Shown: in pieces, positions 35,238 through 44,800 of the stretch
Numbering within the stretch: the stretch's first letter is position 1
Layout: the number at the start of each line of letters is the position of its first letter
From: an uncultured Actinomycetota bacterium
GTDB taxonomy: Bacteria > Actinomycetota > Nitriliruptoria > Nitriliruptorales > JAHWKO01
Length of the DNA: 50,515 nt
Reading direction: 5' to 3'
NCBI GenBank assembly: GCA_964537235.1
Contig: CAZHZQ010000001.1
Coordinates: forward strand, 1-50,515
Translations under genes and position numbers: made by a program
Notes under the pieces: model-generated
Databases searched by the model: none
Told to the model about the DNA's origin: nothing
The model's input: the letters and a program-made list of their open reading frames with translations, nothing else

Positions 35238-35646
35238 CTGGTCCCGCCTCCTCGATCGTGATCCGCAGCAGGACGCGGTCCTGGTCGCGCATCGCCTGGC
35301 GGTACTCGTCCCAGTCGTCGTGCTCACCCTGGGCGCGTCGGTAGTAGTCCACCAGCGGTTCGAGTGCCTCGGGCAGTCGCACGATGTCGGCCTCCCCGTC
35401 GATGCGCACCCACGTGCCGAAGAACCCGTCGCTGAGCACGCACAGGGACGCTCGCGGATCGCGTTCGAGGTTCTTGGTCTTCATCGCCGCCGCGCGGGTC
35501 GAGACGATCGCGCGCCCCTCCTCGTCGATCACCACCAGCACGGGCGACAGCTGGGGGGAGCCGTCCTCCCGGAACGTGTGCAGCACGGCGCGGTGGTTCT
35601 CGGAGATGAACTCACGGGCCTCGTCGATGTCCACGGGGCACCTCAT
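35224..35646 (-). CDS. Pyridoxamine 5'-phosphate oxidase-family (PPOX / F420-dependent class) protein
   Basis: AVLHTFREDGSPQLSPV...KTKNLERDPRASLCV is the typical split-barrel pattern. ATG 35646. Confidence 0.78.
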   Translation of the reverse strand: MRCPVDIDEAREFISENHRAVLHTFREDGSPQLSPVLVVIDEEGRAIVSTRAAAMKTKNLERDPRASLCVLSDGFFGTWVRIDGEADIVRLPEALEPLVDYYRRAQGEHDDWDEYRQAMRDQDRVLLRITIEEAGPDVSG

Positions 35647-35750
35647 GGTCGGATCTGTCAGGGAGCACAGCGTAGGCGTCCGCCCCCGGTCCCTCCGTCC
35701 GACCACCCCTCGCGTGACGAACCACCGGGACATCTGCTTGCATGCGCCCC

Positions 35751-36095
35751 ATGGATGCACTCACCGAACAGCAGATCGAACAGGCGCTCGCCGACCTCCC
35801 GGGGTGGGACTTCGACGGGGAGGTCATCACGAAGACCTACACGTGGGGTTCCTTCCGTGATGCCGTCGACTTCGTGAACGACGTCGCCGACCTCGCCGAG
35901 GACGCCAACCATCATCCCGACCTCGAGATCTACTTCGACGAGGTGGTCGTGTCGTTCCGGACCCACAGCGCCGAGGCGGTGACCGACGTCGACGTGCGCA
36001 TGGCCGGTGAGGTCGAGAGCCTCGCTTCGGACGACGGGGACGACTTCGACGACGAGGACTTCGAGGACGACCTCGAGCTCGACGAGGACGGGTAG
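35751..36095 (+). CDS. 4a-hydroxytetrahydrobiopterin (pterin-4a-carbinolamine) dehydratase with a polyacidic C-terminal tail
   Basis: LPGW...F.DAVDFVNDVADLAEDANHHPDLEIYFDEVVVSFRTHS. The start could be ATG 35742 or 35751. Confidence 0.85.
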   Translation: MDALTEQQIEQALADLPGWDFDGEVITKTYTWGSFRDAVDFVNDVADLAEDANHHPDLEIYFDEVVVSFRTHSAEAVTDVDVRMAGEVESLASDDGDDFDDEDFEDDLELDEDG

Positions 36096-36130
36096 CGCCT
36101 CGGGGCAGGTGGTCGCCTCGTCTACGCTCG

Positions 36131-36991
36131 GTGGCCATGTCCGAGGACACCCGCCCCGACGTCCACCGTGTCGCGGTCGACGATGCGACGGTCTCCTACC
36201 TCGCGTTCGGGCAACAGGGTGGGCCTGTCGCCGTCGTGTCGCCGGGGCTCACCGACGGGCTGGCGCCCGTCTTCCACGAACCCGCCGCCCACGCGATCCC
36301 ACCGCCCCCCGAGCCGTTCGAGGACTGGCAGGTGCTGGTGGCCTCGCACCGGCAGCCGATGCCGGACGGATGGACCACGCGCTCGATGGCCGGCGACCTC
36401 GCCCGTCTGCTCGAGCAGGTCGCTGACCGCCCCGCGATCATCACCGGTCACTCGATGGGGGGGATGGTCGCACAGCACCTCGCCGCCACGCGCCCCGAGC
36501 TCGTGGACCGTCTCGTGCTCAGTTCGACGGTCGCGAAGGCGGATGCGCCGTTCATCGCCCGGCTCGAGCGCTGGGAGGACCTGCTCCGTGCCGGACGGTG
36601 GGTCGAGTTCCACCGGGACGCGATCCGGGCGTCGTTCGCGGGCGAGGAACGGCACCGGCAGCTGGCTGAGCTCGACGAGGACGAGATCGACCCTCCACCG
36701 CCCGAGCTGGTCGACCGGCACCTCACGTTGTCGGGCGCGTGCAAGCGTCACGACGCGATCGGGGCGTTGCCGGACATCCGCTGCGCCACCCTGGTGCTGG
36801 CGGGGCGTTCCGACGAGCTCACGCGCCCCGACCACGCCCGCGATCTCGCCGCCCGCATCCCGGAGGCGACCCTGGTGGTGCTCGACGGGGCCGGACACGG
36901 TCTCCCCGAGCAACGATCGGCGGCGTACGCCCGGACGGTGATCTCGTTCCTCGCGGGCGACGTCCAGTCGGTCGCGGGAGCAGAGATATGA
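36131..36991 (+). CDS. Alpha/beta-fold hydrolase
   Basis: GHSMGG nucleophile elbow and C-terminal GAGHGLPEQ. Confidence 0.85.
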   Translation: MAMSEDTRPDVHRVAVDDATVSYLAFGQQGGPVAVVSPGLTDGLAPVFHEPAAHAIPPPPEPFEDWQVLVASHRQPMPDGWTTRSMAGDLARLLEQVADRPAIITGHSMGGMVAQHLAATRPELVDRLVLSSTVAKADAPFIARLERWEDLLRAGRWVEFHRDAIRASFAGEERHRQLAELDEDEIDPPPPELVDRHLTLSGACKRHDAIGALPDIRCATLVLAGRSDELTRPDHARDLAARIPEATLVVLDGAGHGLPEQRSAAYARTVISFLAGDVQSVAGAEI

Positions 36992-38583
36992 ACGATCGCA
37001 GCTGGTGGGGATGGGGCAGCGCCTCGGCGCACCTCGACCGCGACGCGCTCGAAGGCATGGCGCAGGAGATCGCCCGCACCTTCGACCTCGCGGTGCCCGA
37101 CGTCCGCGATCCCGTACCGGTCGAGGAGCTGGAGCTGCCCGCGCCCCGCGTGACACCTCCGGACGCCCTGGTCCACCTGGTGACGACCCGACCCGTCGAG
37201 CGGGCCCGTCGCGCCCACGGGCAGGCCTTCCGGGACGTGGTCCGCGCGTTCGAGGGCCGTCTGGACGGTGTGCCGGACGTCGTGGCGCTGCCACGCGATG
37301 CGGACGAGGTCGCGGCGGTCCTCGACTGGTGCGCCGACGAAGGGGCCGCCTGCGTGCCGTTCGGCGGGGGTACCTCCGTCGTCGGAGGCGTGAACCCGCC
37401 GGCAGGCGACCGCCCTGTCGTCACGATGGACCTCACCCGCTGTCGCGGCGTCGTGGAGGTCGACCGCACCTCGAACGCCGCGTTGATCCGGGCCGGCACG
37501 ACCGGTCCGGACATCGAGAACGAACTGCGCGAGCACGGCCTCACCCTGCGGTTCTTCCCGCAGTCGTGGGAGTTCTCGACGTTGGGCGGGTGGATCGCCA
37601 CCCGAGCCGGCGGCCACTTTGCAACTCGGCTCACTCACATCGACGATCTGGTCGAGGCGGTGTCCGCCGTCACGCCGTCGGGGGAGTGGACGTCGCGTCG
37701 CGTCCCGTCCTCGGGTGCGGGACCGTCGCCCGACCGGTGGCTGCTGGGGAGCGAGGGGATCCTGGGCGTCATCACGCAGGCCTGGGTGAGGGTGCGTCCG
37801 CGACCCACCTTCCGTGCCGACGCGTCCGTCCTGTTCGACACGTTCGAGGAGGGGGTCGAGGCCGTGCGGGAGGTGGTGCAGGCCGACCTCGGGCCCGCGA
37901 ACTGCCGGCTGCTGGATGCCACCGAAGCCGTGCTGTCGGGGGCGGGTGACGGGGAGCACGCGGTGCTGCTCGTGGGCTTCGAGTCGGCCGACCACCCGCA
38001 GGGGCCGGCGTTGGAGCGGGCGTTCGCGTTGTGCCGTGGGCACGGGGGCCGATCACCGGACGGTCCGCGCCTCCGGGAGGGAGACGAGACCGGCTCGCAA
38101 CAGGGTGCGACGGGCTCGTGGCGGAGCGCGTTCCTCCAGGCGCCGTACCTGCGTGACGGGCTGGTCGCGCTGGGCATGGTGGTCGAGACCTTCGAGACCG
38201 CCACCACCTGGGAGCGCCTCGGGGAACTCGTCACCACGTTGCGCGAGACCGCACGGGCGGCGGCCCACGAGGTCTGCGGCGGGGCGCAGGTCGCGGTCCG
38301 TCTGACCCACGCGTACCCGGACGGGGCGGCGCCCTATTTGACCGTGATCGCTCCGGGGAGACCTGGCTCGCAGGTCGCGCAGTGGGACGCGGTCAAGGCG
38401 GCCGTGTCCGATGCGGTGATCGAGGGCGGCGGCACGATCACGCACCACCACGCCGTGGGCCGCGACCACCGGCCGTGGTACGACCGTCAGCGTCCCGATC
38501 CGTTCGCGGACGCGCTCACCGCCGCCAAGCGGGAGCTGGATCCCGACGCGATCCTCAACCCGGGCGTCCTGATCGATCCCTGA
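36988..38583 (+). CDS. FAD-linked oxidase (alkylglycerone-phosphate synthase-like)
   Basis: ATG 36988 overlaps the upstream TGA (ATGA). WWGWG N-terminus, PFGGGTSVVGGV FAD-binding block, C-terminal HHHAVGRDH. Confidence 0.87.
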   Translation: MNDRSWWGWGSASAHLDRDALEGMAQEIARTFDLAVPDVRDPVPVEELELPAPRVTPPDALVHLVTTRPVERARRAHGQAFRDVVRAFEGRLDGVPDVVALPRDADEVAAVLDWCADEGAACVPFGGGTSVVGGVNPPAGDRPVVTMDLTRCRGVVEVDRTSNAALIRAGTTGPDIENELREHGLTLRFFPQSWEFSTLGGWIATRAGGHFATRLTHIDDLVEAVSAVTPSGEWTSRRVPSSGAGPSPDRWLLGSEGILGVITQAWVRVRPRPTFRADASVLFDTFEEGVEAVREVVQADLGPANCRLLDATEAVLSGAGDGEHAVLLVGFESADHPQGPALERAFALCRGHGGRSPDGPRLREGDETGSQQGATGSWRSAFLQAPYLRDGLVALGMVVETFETATTWERLGELVTTLRETARAAAHEVCGGAQVAVRLTHAYPDGAAPYLTVIAPGRPGSQVAQWDAVKAAVSDAVIEGGGTITHHHAVGRDHRPWYDRQRPDPFADALTAAKRELDPDAILNPGVLIDP

Positions 38584-38729
38584 TCCACGCGGCGTGCAGG
38601 CTCTGCACAGGCCCTCGCGGGGAACCCTTCCATCCCCGGAGTGGCCGCCCTACGCTCGTCGTACGGCCCAGGTCGTACGGCACCAGCCGAGGCGCAGGGC
38701 GACAGCCCGATGGCGGACCCGAGAGAGGC

Positions 38730-39566
38730 ATGATCCAACGAACCTACGTTCACGACCTGAACGGGAGCGGGCTCGAACCGGGCCAGCGGCAGCTCACGGT
38801 CGAGGACGTCACGCTCCGGTTCGGCGGGGTGACCGCACTGGAAGACGTCTCCCTGGAGATCCGCCAGGGCCAGGTCCACGCCGTGATCGGGCCGAACGGG
38901 GCGGGCAAGACCAGCCTGCTCAACTGCATCAGCGGGCTGTACCGACCGGACCGTGGCTCGATCCGCCTGCACGACACCGAGGGCGCCAACGAGTTGACGC
39001 GCCAGCGGCCGCACCGGATCGCGCGGTTGGGGATCGCACGGTCGTTCCAGAACATCGAGCTGTTCCGGCACATGACCGTCCTCCAGAACCTCATGTTGGG
39101 CCGACACGTCCACATGCGGCACGGCCTGTTCGAGGATCTGGTCTGGTTCGGCCGCGCCCGACGCCAGGAAGTCGACGAGCGTGAGCTGGTCGAGGAGGTG
39201 ATCCACCTCCTGGAGATCCAGTCGGTGCGTCACCAGCCGGTCGCCTCCTTGGCCTACGGCGTCCAGAAGCGCGTCGAGCTGGGGCGGGCGCTGTGCATGC
39301 AGCCGTCGGTGCTGCTGCTGGACGAGCCGATGGCGGGGATGAACACCGAGGAGAAGGAGGACATGGCCCGGTTCACGCTCGACGTCAACGAGCTGGCGGG
39401 GGTCACGGTCGTGCTGATCGAGCACGACATGGACGTGGTGATGGACATCTCCGACCGCGTGACGGCCCTGAACTTCGGGCAGGTCATCGGCGACGGTACG
39501 CCTGAGGAGGTCGCCGCCGAGCCGGAGGTCGTCGAGGCCTACCTGGGGGAGGGGGTGGCCGGATGA
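38730..39566 (+). CDS. ABC transporter ATP-binding protein (LivG type)
   Basis: Walker A GPNGAGKTS, signature-region LAYGVQKRVELGRAL, Walker B LLLDEP. GAGAGAGG lies before ATG 38730. Confidence 0.9.
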   Translation: MIQRTYVHDLNGSGLEPGQRQLTVEDVTLRFGGVTALEDVSLEIRQGQVHAVIGPNGAGKTSLLNCISGLYRPDRGSIRLHDTEGANELTRQRPHRIARLGIARSFQNIELFRHMTVLQNLMLGRHVHMRHGLFEDLVWFGRARRQEVDERELVEEVIHLLEIQSVRHQPVASLAYGVQKRVELGRALCMQPSVLLLDEPMAGMNTEEKEDMARFTLDVNELAGVTVVLIEHDMDVVMDISDRVTALNFGQVIGDGTPEEVAAEPEVVEAYLGEGVAG

Positions 39567-41572
39567 GTACGCGTGCTGACGCGCGACGGACGCCGAGCGA
39601 CCTCGACGCCGTGGACGTCGCCGGGTCCGACCGCACCTTCCCGCGGCTGCTCGAGGCGTTGGCCGACGAGCACGGCGACCGGGTGGCGATGCAGGAGAAG
39701 CACTACGGGATCTGGCAGCCGATCACCTGGAGCGAGTACCGCGACCGCGTCCACGATCTGGCGCACGGGTTCGCGTCGCTCGGCGTCGAACCGGGCGAGA
39801 TCATCGCCGTCCTCGGGGACAACCGTCCCGAGTGGCTGATCGCCGAGCTCGCGGCCCAGTCGCTGGGGGCGGCCGTGGTCGGGATCTACCCGTCGAGCGT
39901 CGGCGACGAGATCGTGCACATCATCTCCGAGGCGCGGGTGCGGATCGTCGTCGCCGAGGACCAGGAGCAGGTCGACAAGCTGCTGGAGCTGTCGGAGCGG
40001 ATCCCGCGGGTCGACACGATCATCTACTACGATCCCCACGGTCTCGAGGCGTACGACGAGTCGATCCTGGTGTTCTTCCCGGAGCTCGAGGAGCGGGGCC
40101 GGGCCTACGCGGAGGACCGGCCCGGCTGGCTGGAGGAGCAGATCGCCGCGGCGCGGGCGGACGACATCGCCGTCATCTGCACGACGTCGGGGACCACCTC
40201 GAAGCCGAAGCTGGCGATGCTGTCGCACCGCAACCTGCTGACGATGGGGCGCCGGCTGATGGAGCTGGATCCCCTCGATGCGGACAGCCGCTACGTGTCG
40301 TTCCTGCCCTTCGCGTGGATCGGGGAGCAGATGCTCGCGCTCGCCTGTGGACTGCAGGCGGGGTTCACGGTCTCGTTCCCCGAGGAGGCGGGGACGGTCC
40401 GCTCCGACATGCGCGAGATCGGTCCGGACGTGATGTTCGGGCCGCCGCGCATCTGGGAGTCGATGCTGTCCGACGTGCAGGTGCGGCTGGGGGAGGCCGG
40501 ATGGGTGAAGCGTCGCACCTTCGAGTGGGGCTACCGCATGGGTGACCGGGTGGCGGGCAAGCGGGTCGCCGGTGAGGCGGTGGGGGTCGTCGAGCGTGTT
40601 CTGCACGGGTTGGTCGATCTCGTGGCGCTGCGCCCCATGCGCGAACAGCTGGGGCTCACGCGCGTGCGACGCTGCTACACCGGTGGCGCCCCGCTGGGTC
40701 CGGACGTCTTCCGCTTCTTCCACGCGATCGGCGTCAACCTGAAGCAGATCTACGGGCAGACCGAGATCTGCGGGATCGCGGTGTGCCACCGGGACGACGA
40801 CATCCGGTTCAACACCGTGGGACAGCCGCTGCCAGGCACCGAGATGCGGATCGGCGAGGACGGGGAGATCCTGCTGCGGTCCGGGGCGGTGTTCAAGGGC
40901 TACTACCGCGACGAGGAGGCCACGAGCGAGGCGCTCGAGGACGACGGGTGGTTGCACACCGGCGACGCCGGGTACCGCGACGACGCCGACCACCTGGTGG
41001 TGATCGACCGCGCCAAGGACGTGATGCGCACGATCGACGGCACGATGTTCAGCCCGGCGTTCATCGAGAACAAGCTCAAGTTCTCCCCCTACGTGGAGGA
41101 AGCGGTCGTGTTCGGCGGGGAAGAGCGAGACGAGATCACCGCCATGATCACGATCGACATGGAGACCGTGGGGACCTGGGCCGAACGCAACCAGCTGTCG
41201 TACACGACCTACACGGACCTGTCCCAGAAACCGGAGGTCTACCAGCTCGTCGCCGAGGCGATCGCCCGGGCGAACGAGGACCTGGAGGAGGCGATCCAGG
41301 TGCAACGGTTCGTGCTGCTGCACAAGCGTCTGGACCCCGACGATGCCGAGATCACCCGGACCCGAAAGGTGCGACGCGGGACGATCAACGAGCGCTACGA
41401 CGACATCATCGACGCGCTCAGCCGGGGTGACAGGTCGGTGTCGATCACCTCCACGGTCAGCTACCAGGACGGCACCAGCGTGGATCGGGCGATCGATCTG
41501 GACATCTTCTCGATGGCGTCGTTCAGCCCACGTGAACGCGACGACCGCGGCCTGGCCTGGAGCGCCTCATGA
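39563..41572 (+). CDS. AMP-dependent acyl-CoA synthetase (long-chain fatty acid-CoA ligase-like)
   Basis: ATG overlaps the livG-type TGA (ATGA). TSGTTSKPKLAMLSH, YGQTE, GWLHTGDAG. Confidence 0.9.
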   Translation: MSTRADARRTPSDLDAVDVAGSDRTFPRLLEALADEHGDRVAMQEKHYGIWQPITWSEYRDRVHDLAHGFASLGVEPGEIIAVLGDNRPEWLIAELAAQSLGAAVVGIYPSSVGDEIVHIISEARVRIVVAEDQEQVDKLLELSERIPRVDTIIYYDPHGLEAYDESILVFFPELEERGRAYAEDRPGWLEEQIAAARADDIAVICTTSGTTSKPKLAMLSHRNLLTMGRRLMELDPLDADSRYVSFLPFAWIGEQMLALACGLQAGFTVSFPEEAGTVRSDMREIGPDVMFGPPRIWESMLSDVQVRLGEAGWVKRRTFEWGYRMGDRVAGKRVAGEAVGVVERVLHGLVDLVALRPMREQLGLTRVRRCYTGGAPLGPDVFRFFHAIGVNLKQIYGQTEICGIAVCHRDDDIRFNTVGQPLPGTEMRIGEDGEILLRSGAVFKGYYRDEEATSEALEDDGWLHTGDAGYRDDADHLVVIDRAKDVMRTIDGTMFSPAFIENKLKFSPYVEEAVVFGGEERDEITAMITIDMETVGTWAERNQLSYTTYTDLSQKPEVYQLVAEAIARANEDLEEAIQVQRFVLLHKRLDPDDAEITRTRKVRRGTINERYDDIIDALSRGDRSVSITSTVSYQDGTSVDRAIDLDIFSMASFSPRERDDRGLAWSAS

Positions 41573-41606
41573 CGCTGCCCGCCACACACCTGGGGACCGC
41601 GCGGCG

Positions 41607-42479
41607 ATGACCACGTTCGTGCAGTTGACGGTCAGCGGGCTCGCCAACGGGGCCGTCCTGGCGCTGGCGGCACTCGGGTTCGTGCTGATCTACAAGGCGA
41701 CGCAGGTGATCAACTTCGCGCAGGGCCATTTCCTGCTCGTCGGCGCGTTCGTCATCTGGTCCTTCGTGGTACAGGTGGGGCTGCACTGGAGCATCGCGGT
41801 GTTCGCGGCCATGGCCGTGGCCGTGATCATCGGCCTCCTGGTCGAACGGCTGGTTCTGCGCCCCATGGTGGGCGAAAACCCGATCGCGGTGATCATGGTG
41901 ACGATCGGGTTGGCCGCCGTCCTCGAATCGATCGTGCAGATGCTGTGGGGGGTCACGCCCCGTCGCCTCCCGGAGTTCATCCCCACCGGTGTCTGGCGGG
42001 TCGGAGGGGTCACGGTCCCGAAGGACCGGATCTTCGCGGTGGTGATCGCCGCGGTCGTCCTCGCCGCCTTCACGCTCTTCTTCACCCGGTCCCGGCACGG
42101 CATCGCGATGCGGGCGGTGGCCGACGACCAGCAGGCGGCGCTGACGCAGGGCATCAGCGTCCGTCGCGTGTTCGCGATGGCCTGGGCGCTGGCGGCATTG
42201 TCCGCCGTGATCGGTGGGGTGCTGCTGGCCAACCTGACCGGGGTGTCGGGGACGATCACCCAGATCGGGCTGCTGGTGTTCGCGGTCGTCATCGTCGGCG
42301 GCCTGGACTCGATCCCCGGCGCGATCGTCGGCGGGGCGATCGTGGGTCTGCTCCAGCAGTACACGGCCGGGTACGTCGGCGGCGGGCTCCAGCAGGTCGT
42401 GCCCTACGCCGCGCTCGTGCTCGTCCTGCTGGTCCGCCCGTACGGGCTCTTCGGCGAGATCCGGATCGAGAGGGTCTGA
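41607..42479 (+). CDS. Branched-chain-amino-acid-type ABC permease (LivH type)
   Basis: MTTFVQLTVSGLANGAVLALAALGFVLIYKATQVINFAQG. Multi-TM. Confidence 0.9.
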   Translation: MTTFVQLTVSGLANGAVLALAALGFVLIYKATQVINFAQGHFLLVGAFVIWSFVVQVGLHWSIAVFAAMAVAVIIGLLVERLVLRPMVGENPIAVIMVTIGLAAVLESIVQMLWGVTPRRLPEFIPTGVWRVGGVTVPKDRIFAVVIAAVVLAAFTLFFTRSRHGIAMRAVADDQQAALTQGISVRRVFAMAWALAALSAVIGGVLLANLTGVSGTITQIGLLVFAVVIVGGLDSIPGAIVGGAIVGLLQQYTAGYVGGGLQQVVPYAALVLVLLVRPYGLFGEIRIERV

Positions 42480-42480
42480 G

Positions 42481-43533
42481 ATGGCGGCCGTCTCCACAGG
42501 TGTGCACCACCGCTCGTACCGGTCGGAGCTGCGGCTGCGCCACACCGCCGCCGAGCGCGTCCGTCTCCTGCTGGGGATCGGCGTGCTGCTGGCCGTCCCG
42601 TTCGTGGCCAACCAGTTCTGGCTGACCGCGCTCAACGAGATCGGGATCGCCGTCATCGGGGCCATCGGCCTCAACATCCTCACCGGCTACACCGGTCAGA
42701 TCTCGCTGGGGCAGGGCGGCTTCCTGGCCGTGGGTGCCTACACGTCCGGGCTGATGGTGGTGGAGCTCGGCCTGCCCACGCTGGTGGCTGTGGGCATCGC
42801 GATCGCGTTCACCGCCCTGGTCGGGGCCTTCTTCGGCCTGCCGGCGCTCCGGCTCAAGGGCCTGTACCTGGCGATCGCGACCCTCGCGTCGCAGTTCATC
42901 ATCATCTGGGTCGTGCGCAACTGGGACACGGTCACGGGCGGGACCGGCGCGCTCGTCGTGCCCAGACCCGAGGTCGCGGGCCTCGCGCTCAACAGCAACT
43001 TCCGCTGGTACTGGATCATCCTCGCCGCGGCCGCCCTCGCCACGATCCTCGCCCGCAACCTGTTCCGGACGGGGATCGGCCGGGCGTTCATGGCCATCCG
43101 CGACCAGGACATCGCCGCCGAGGCCATCGGGGTCGACCTCGTCCGCTACAAGGTGCTGGCGTTCGCGATCTCCTCCGGCTTCGTGGGGCTGGCCGGCGCG
43201 TTGACGGCCCACTGGCGCAGCATCGTCACGTGGGAGCGCTTCACCCTCGAGGTCTCGATCCTGTACCTCGCGATGATCATCGTCGGGGGCCTGGGCTCCG
43301 TCCTCGGGGCGATCCTGGGCGCCGCCTTCATGATCGCGATGCCTGACGGGATCGACCGGTTGGCGGGCGCGCTGCAGGGCACCGTCCCGTTCCTCGACCA
43401 GAAGCTCCCCGCGATCCAGCTCGGCATCTTCGGCCTCGTCATCGTGCTGTTCCTCATCTTCGAACCCCGGGGGCTGGCGCGGATCTGGCAGCGCATCAAG
43501 GACTACTTCCGGTTGTGGCCGTTCCGGTATTAG
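42481..43533 (+). CDS. Branched-chain-amino-acid-type ABC permease (LivM type)
   Basis: GYTGQISLGQGGFLAVGAY. Multi-TM. Starts 1 nt after the LivH-type stop. Confidence 0.9.
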   Translation: MAAVSTGVHHRSYRSELRLRHTAAERVRLLLGIGVLLAVPFVANQFWLTALNEIGIAVIGAIGLNILTGYTGQISLGQGGFLAVGAYTSGLMVVELGLPTLVAVGIAIAFTALVGAFFGLPALRLKGLYLAIATLASQFIIIWVVRNWDTVTGGTGALVVPRPEVAGLALNSNFRWYWIILAAAALATILARNLFRTGIGRAFMAIRDQDIAAEAIGVDLVRYKVLAFAISSGFVGLAGALTAHWRSIVTWERFTLEVSILYLAMIIVGGLGSVLGAILGAAFMIAMPDGIDRLAGALQGTVPFLDQKLPAIQLGIFGLVIVLFLIFEPRGLARIWQRIKDYFRLWPFRY

Positions 43534-43569
43534 GGACGGTCTTGGACGAGCTCTCAAGGAGGGAGCACC

Positions 43570-44790
43570 ATGAGAAGCACGAGAAGCAGGATCCTGGCGA
43601 TCATGATGGCGATCGGTCTGCTCGCCGCCGCGTGCGGCGGCGGCAACGGTGGTGGAGGTGAACCGACCGCCGGCGACACCGCGGTGGACGGCACCGAGGA
43701 CGGCGGGGGCGCCGCCTCCGGCGAGCCGATCACGGTCGGCGCCGTCTTCGACCTGTCGGGCGCCACCGCGGACGTCGGCACCCCGTTCGCCGACGGCGTC
43801 AAGGCCTACGTCGAGTGGCTGAACGACAACGGCGGCGTCGACGGGCGGCCGATCGAGCTGCTGAACGCCGACTACGCGTACGACGTCGCCCAGGCCGAGC
43901 AGCTGTACTCCCAGTACGTGTCCCAGGACGTGGTCGCGTTCAGCGGCTGGGGCACCGGAGACAGCGAGGCGCTGCGGTCCCGGGTGACCGAGGACGAGAT
44001 CCCGTTCATGTCGGCGTCGTACTCGGAGGGGCTGGCCGACCCGGCCGAGACCCCGTACAACTTCGTCGCCGCCGCGAGCTACTCGCAGCAGATGCGCGTC
44101 GCCCTGGCCCACATCGCGAACGTCAGTGACGGGCACGCCGAGGTGGCCGTGTTCCACCACGACTCGCCGTTCGGGGAGTCCCCGTTGGAGGACGGCCGGC
44201 AGTACATCGCCGACGAGGGCCTGGACATCGGCTACCAGACGTACGCGATGCCGGGCGGCGCGACCGACTACACCGGTGAGCTCACTCAGGTCCAGGACCA
44301 GGGTGCCGGCTACGTCATCATCCAGAACGTGTCCAGCCCCGCGGCCCAGCTGGCGCAGAACATCCAGTCCCAGGGCATGGACGCGACGATCGTGTGCCTC
44401 AACTGGTGCGCCGACGAGATCTTCGTCGAGCTCGCCGGGGACGCGTCGGAGGGTTCGCTCGGGGTGCTGCCGTTCGCGCCACCGAGCCAGGCCGACGGGG
44501 ACATCAGCGACGTCCAGGAGGCCATCGGCGATGACATCAACCTCCACCACACGCAGGGCTGGTACCAGTTCTCGCTCTTCGTCGAGGCGATCCGCCACGT
44601 CCTGGAGGGAGGCGGCGAGGTGACCGGACCGACCATCAAGACCGCGTTGGAGGAGATGGGGCCGCTCGACACGCCGGTGACGACCGAGATCGAGTTCACG
44701 GCCGACGACCACATGGGCATGAAGTCCGTGCCGGTCTACGAGGTCCAGGACGGTGCGTGGACCACCATCACCGACCCGATCACCCCGTGA
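43570..44790 (+). CDS. ABC substrate-binding lipoprotein (LivJ/type I periplasmic-binding fold)
   Basis: Lipoprotein signal LLAAACGGG, then ITVGAVFDLSG. GGAGGGAG lies before ATG 43570. Confidence 0.9.
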   Translation: MRSTRSRILAIMMAIGLLAAACGGGNGGGGEPTAGDTAVDGTEDGGGAASGEPITVGAVFDLSGATADVGTPFADGVKAYVEWLNDNGGVDGRPIELLNADYAYDVAQAEQLYSQYVSQDVVAFSGWGTGDSEALRSRVTEDEIPFMSASYSEGLADPAETPYNFVAAASYSQQMRVALAHIANVSDGHAEVAVFHHDSPFGESPLEDGRQYIADEGLDIGYQTYAMPGGATDYTGELTQVQDQGAGYVIIQNVSSPAAQLAQNIQSQGMDATIVCLNWCADEIFVELAGDASEGSLGVLPFAPPSQADGDISDVQEAIGDDINLHHTQGWYQFSLFVEAIRHVLEGGGEVTGPTIKTALEEMGPLDTPVTTEIEFTADDHMGMKSVPVYEVQDGAWTTITDPITP

Positions 44791-44800
44791 CCGGCGTCTG

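Noticed and set aside
33709-35760. The longer N-terminal extensions offered by the track for the second acyl-CoA dehydrogenase (to 35145), the rhodanese (to 35327) and the PPOX protein (to 35760)
   Set aside because: The extensions are Arg/Gly/Pro-rich, overlap the upstream genes, and precede internal ATGs that align with the family N-termini and give canonical 4-nt or 14-nt overlaps.
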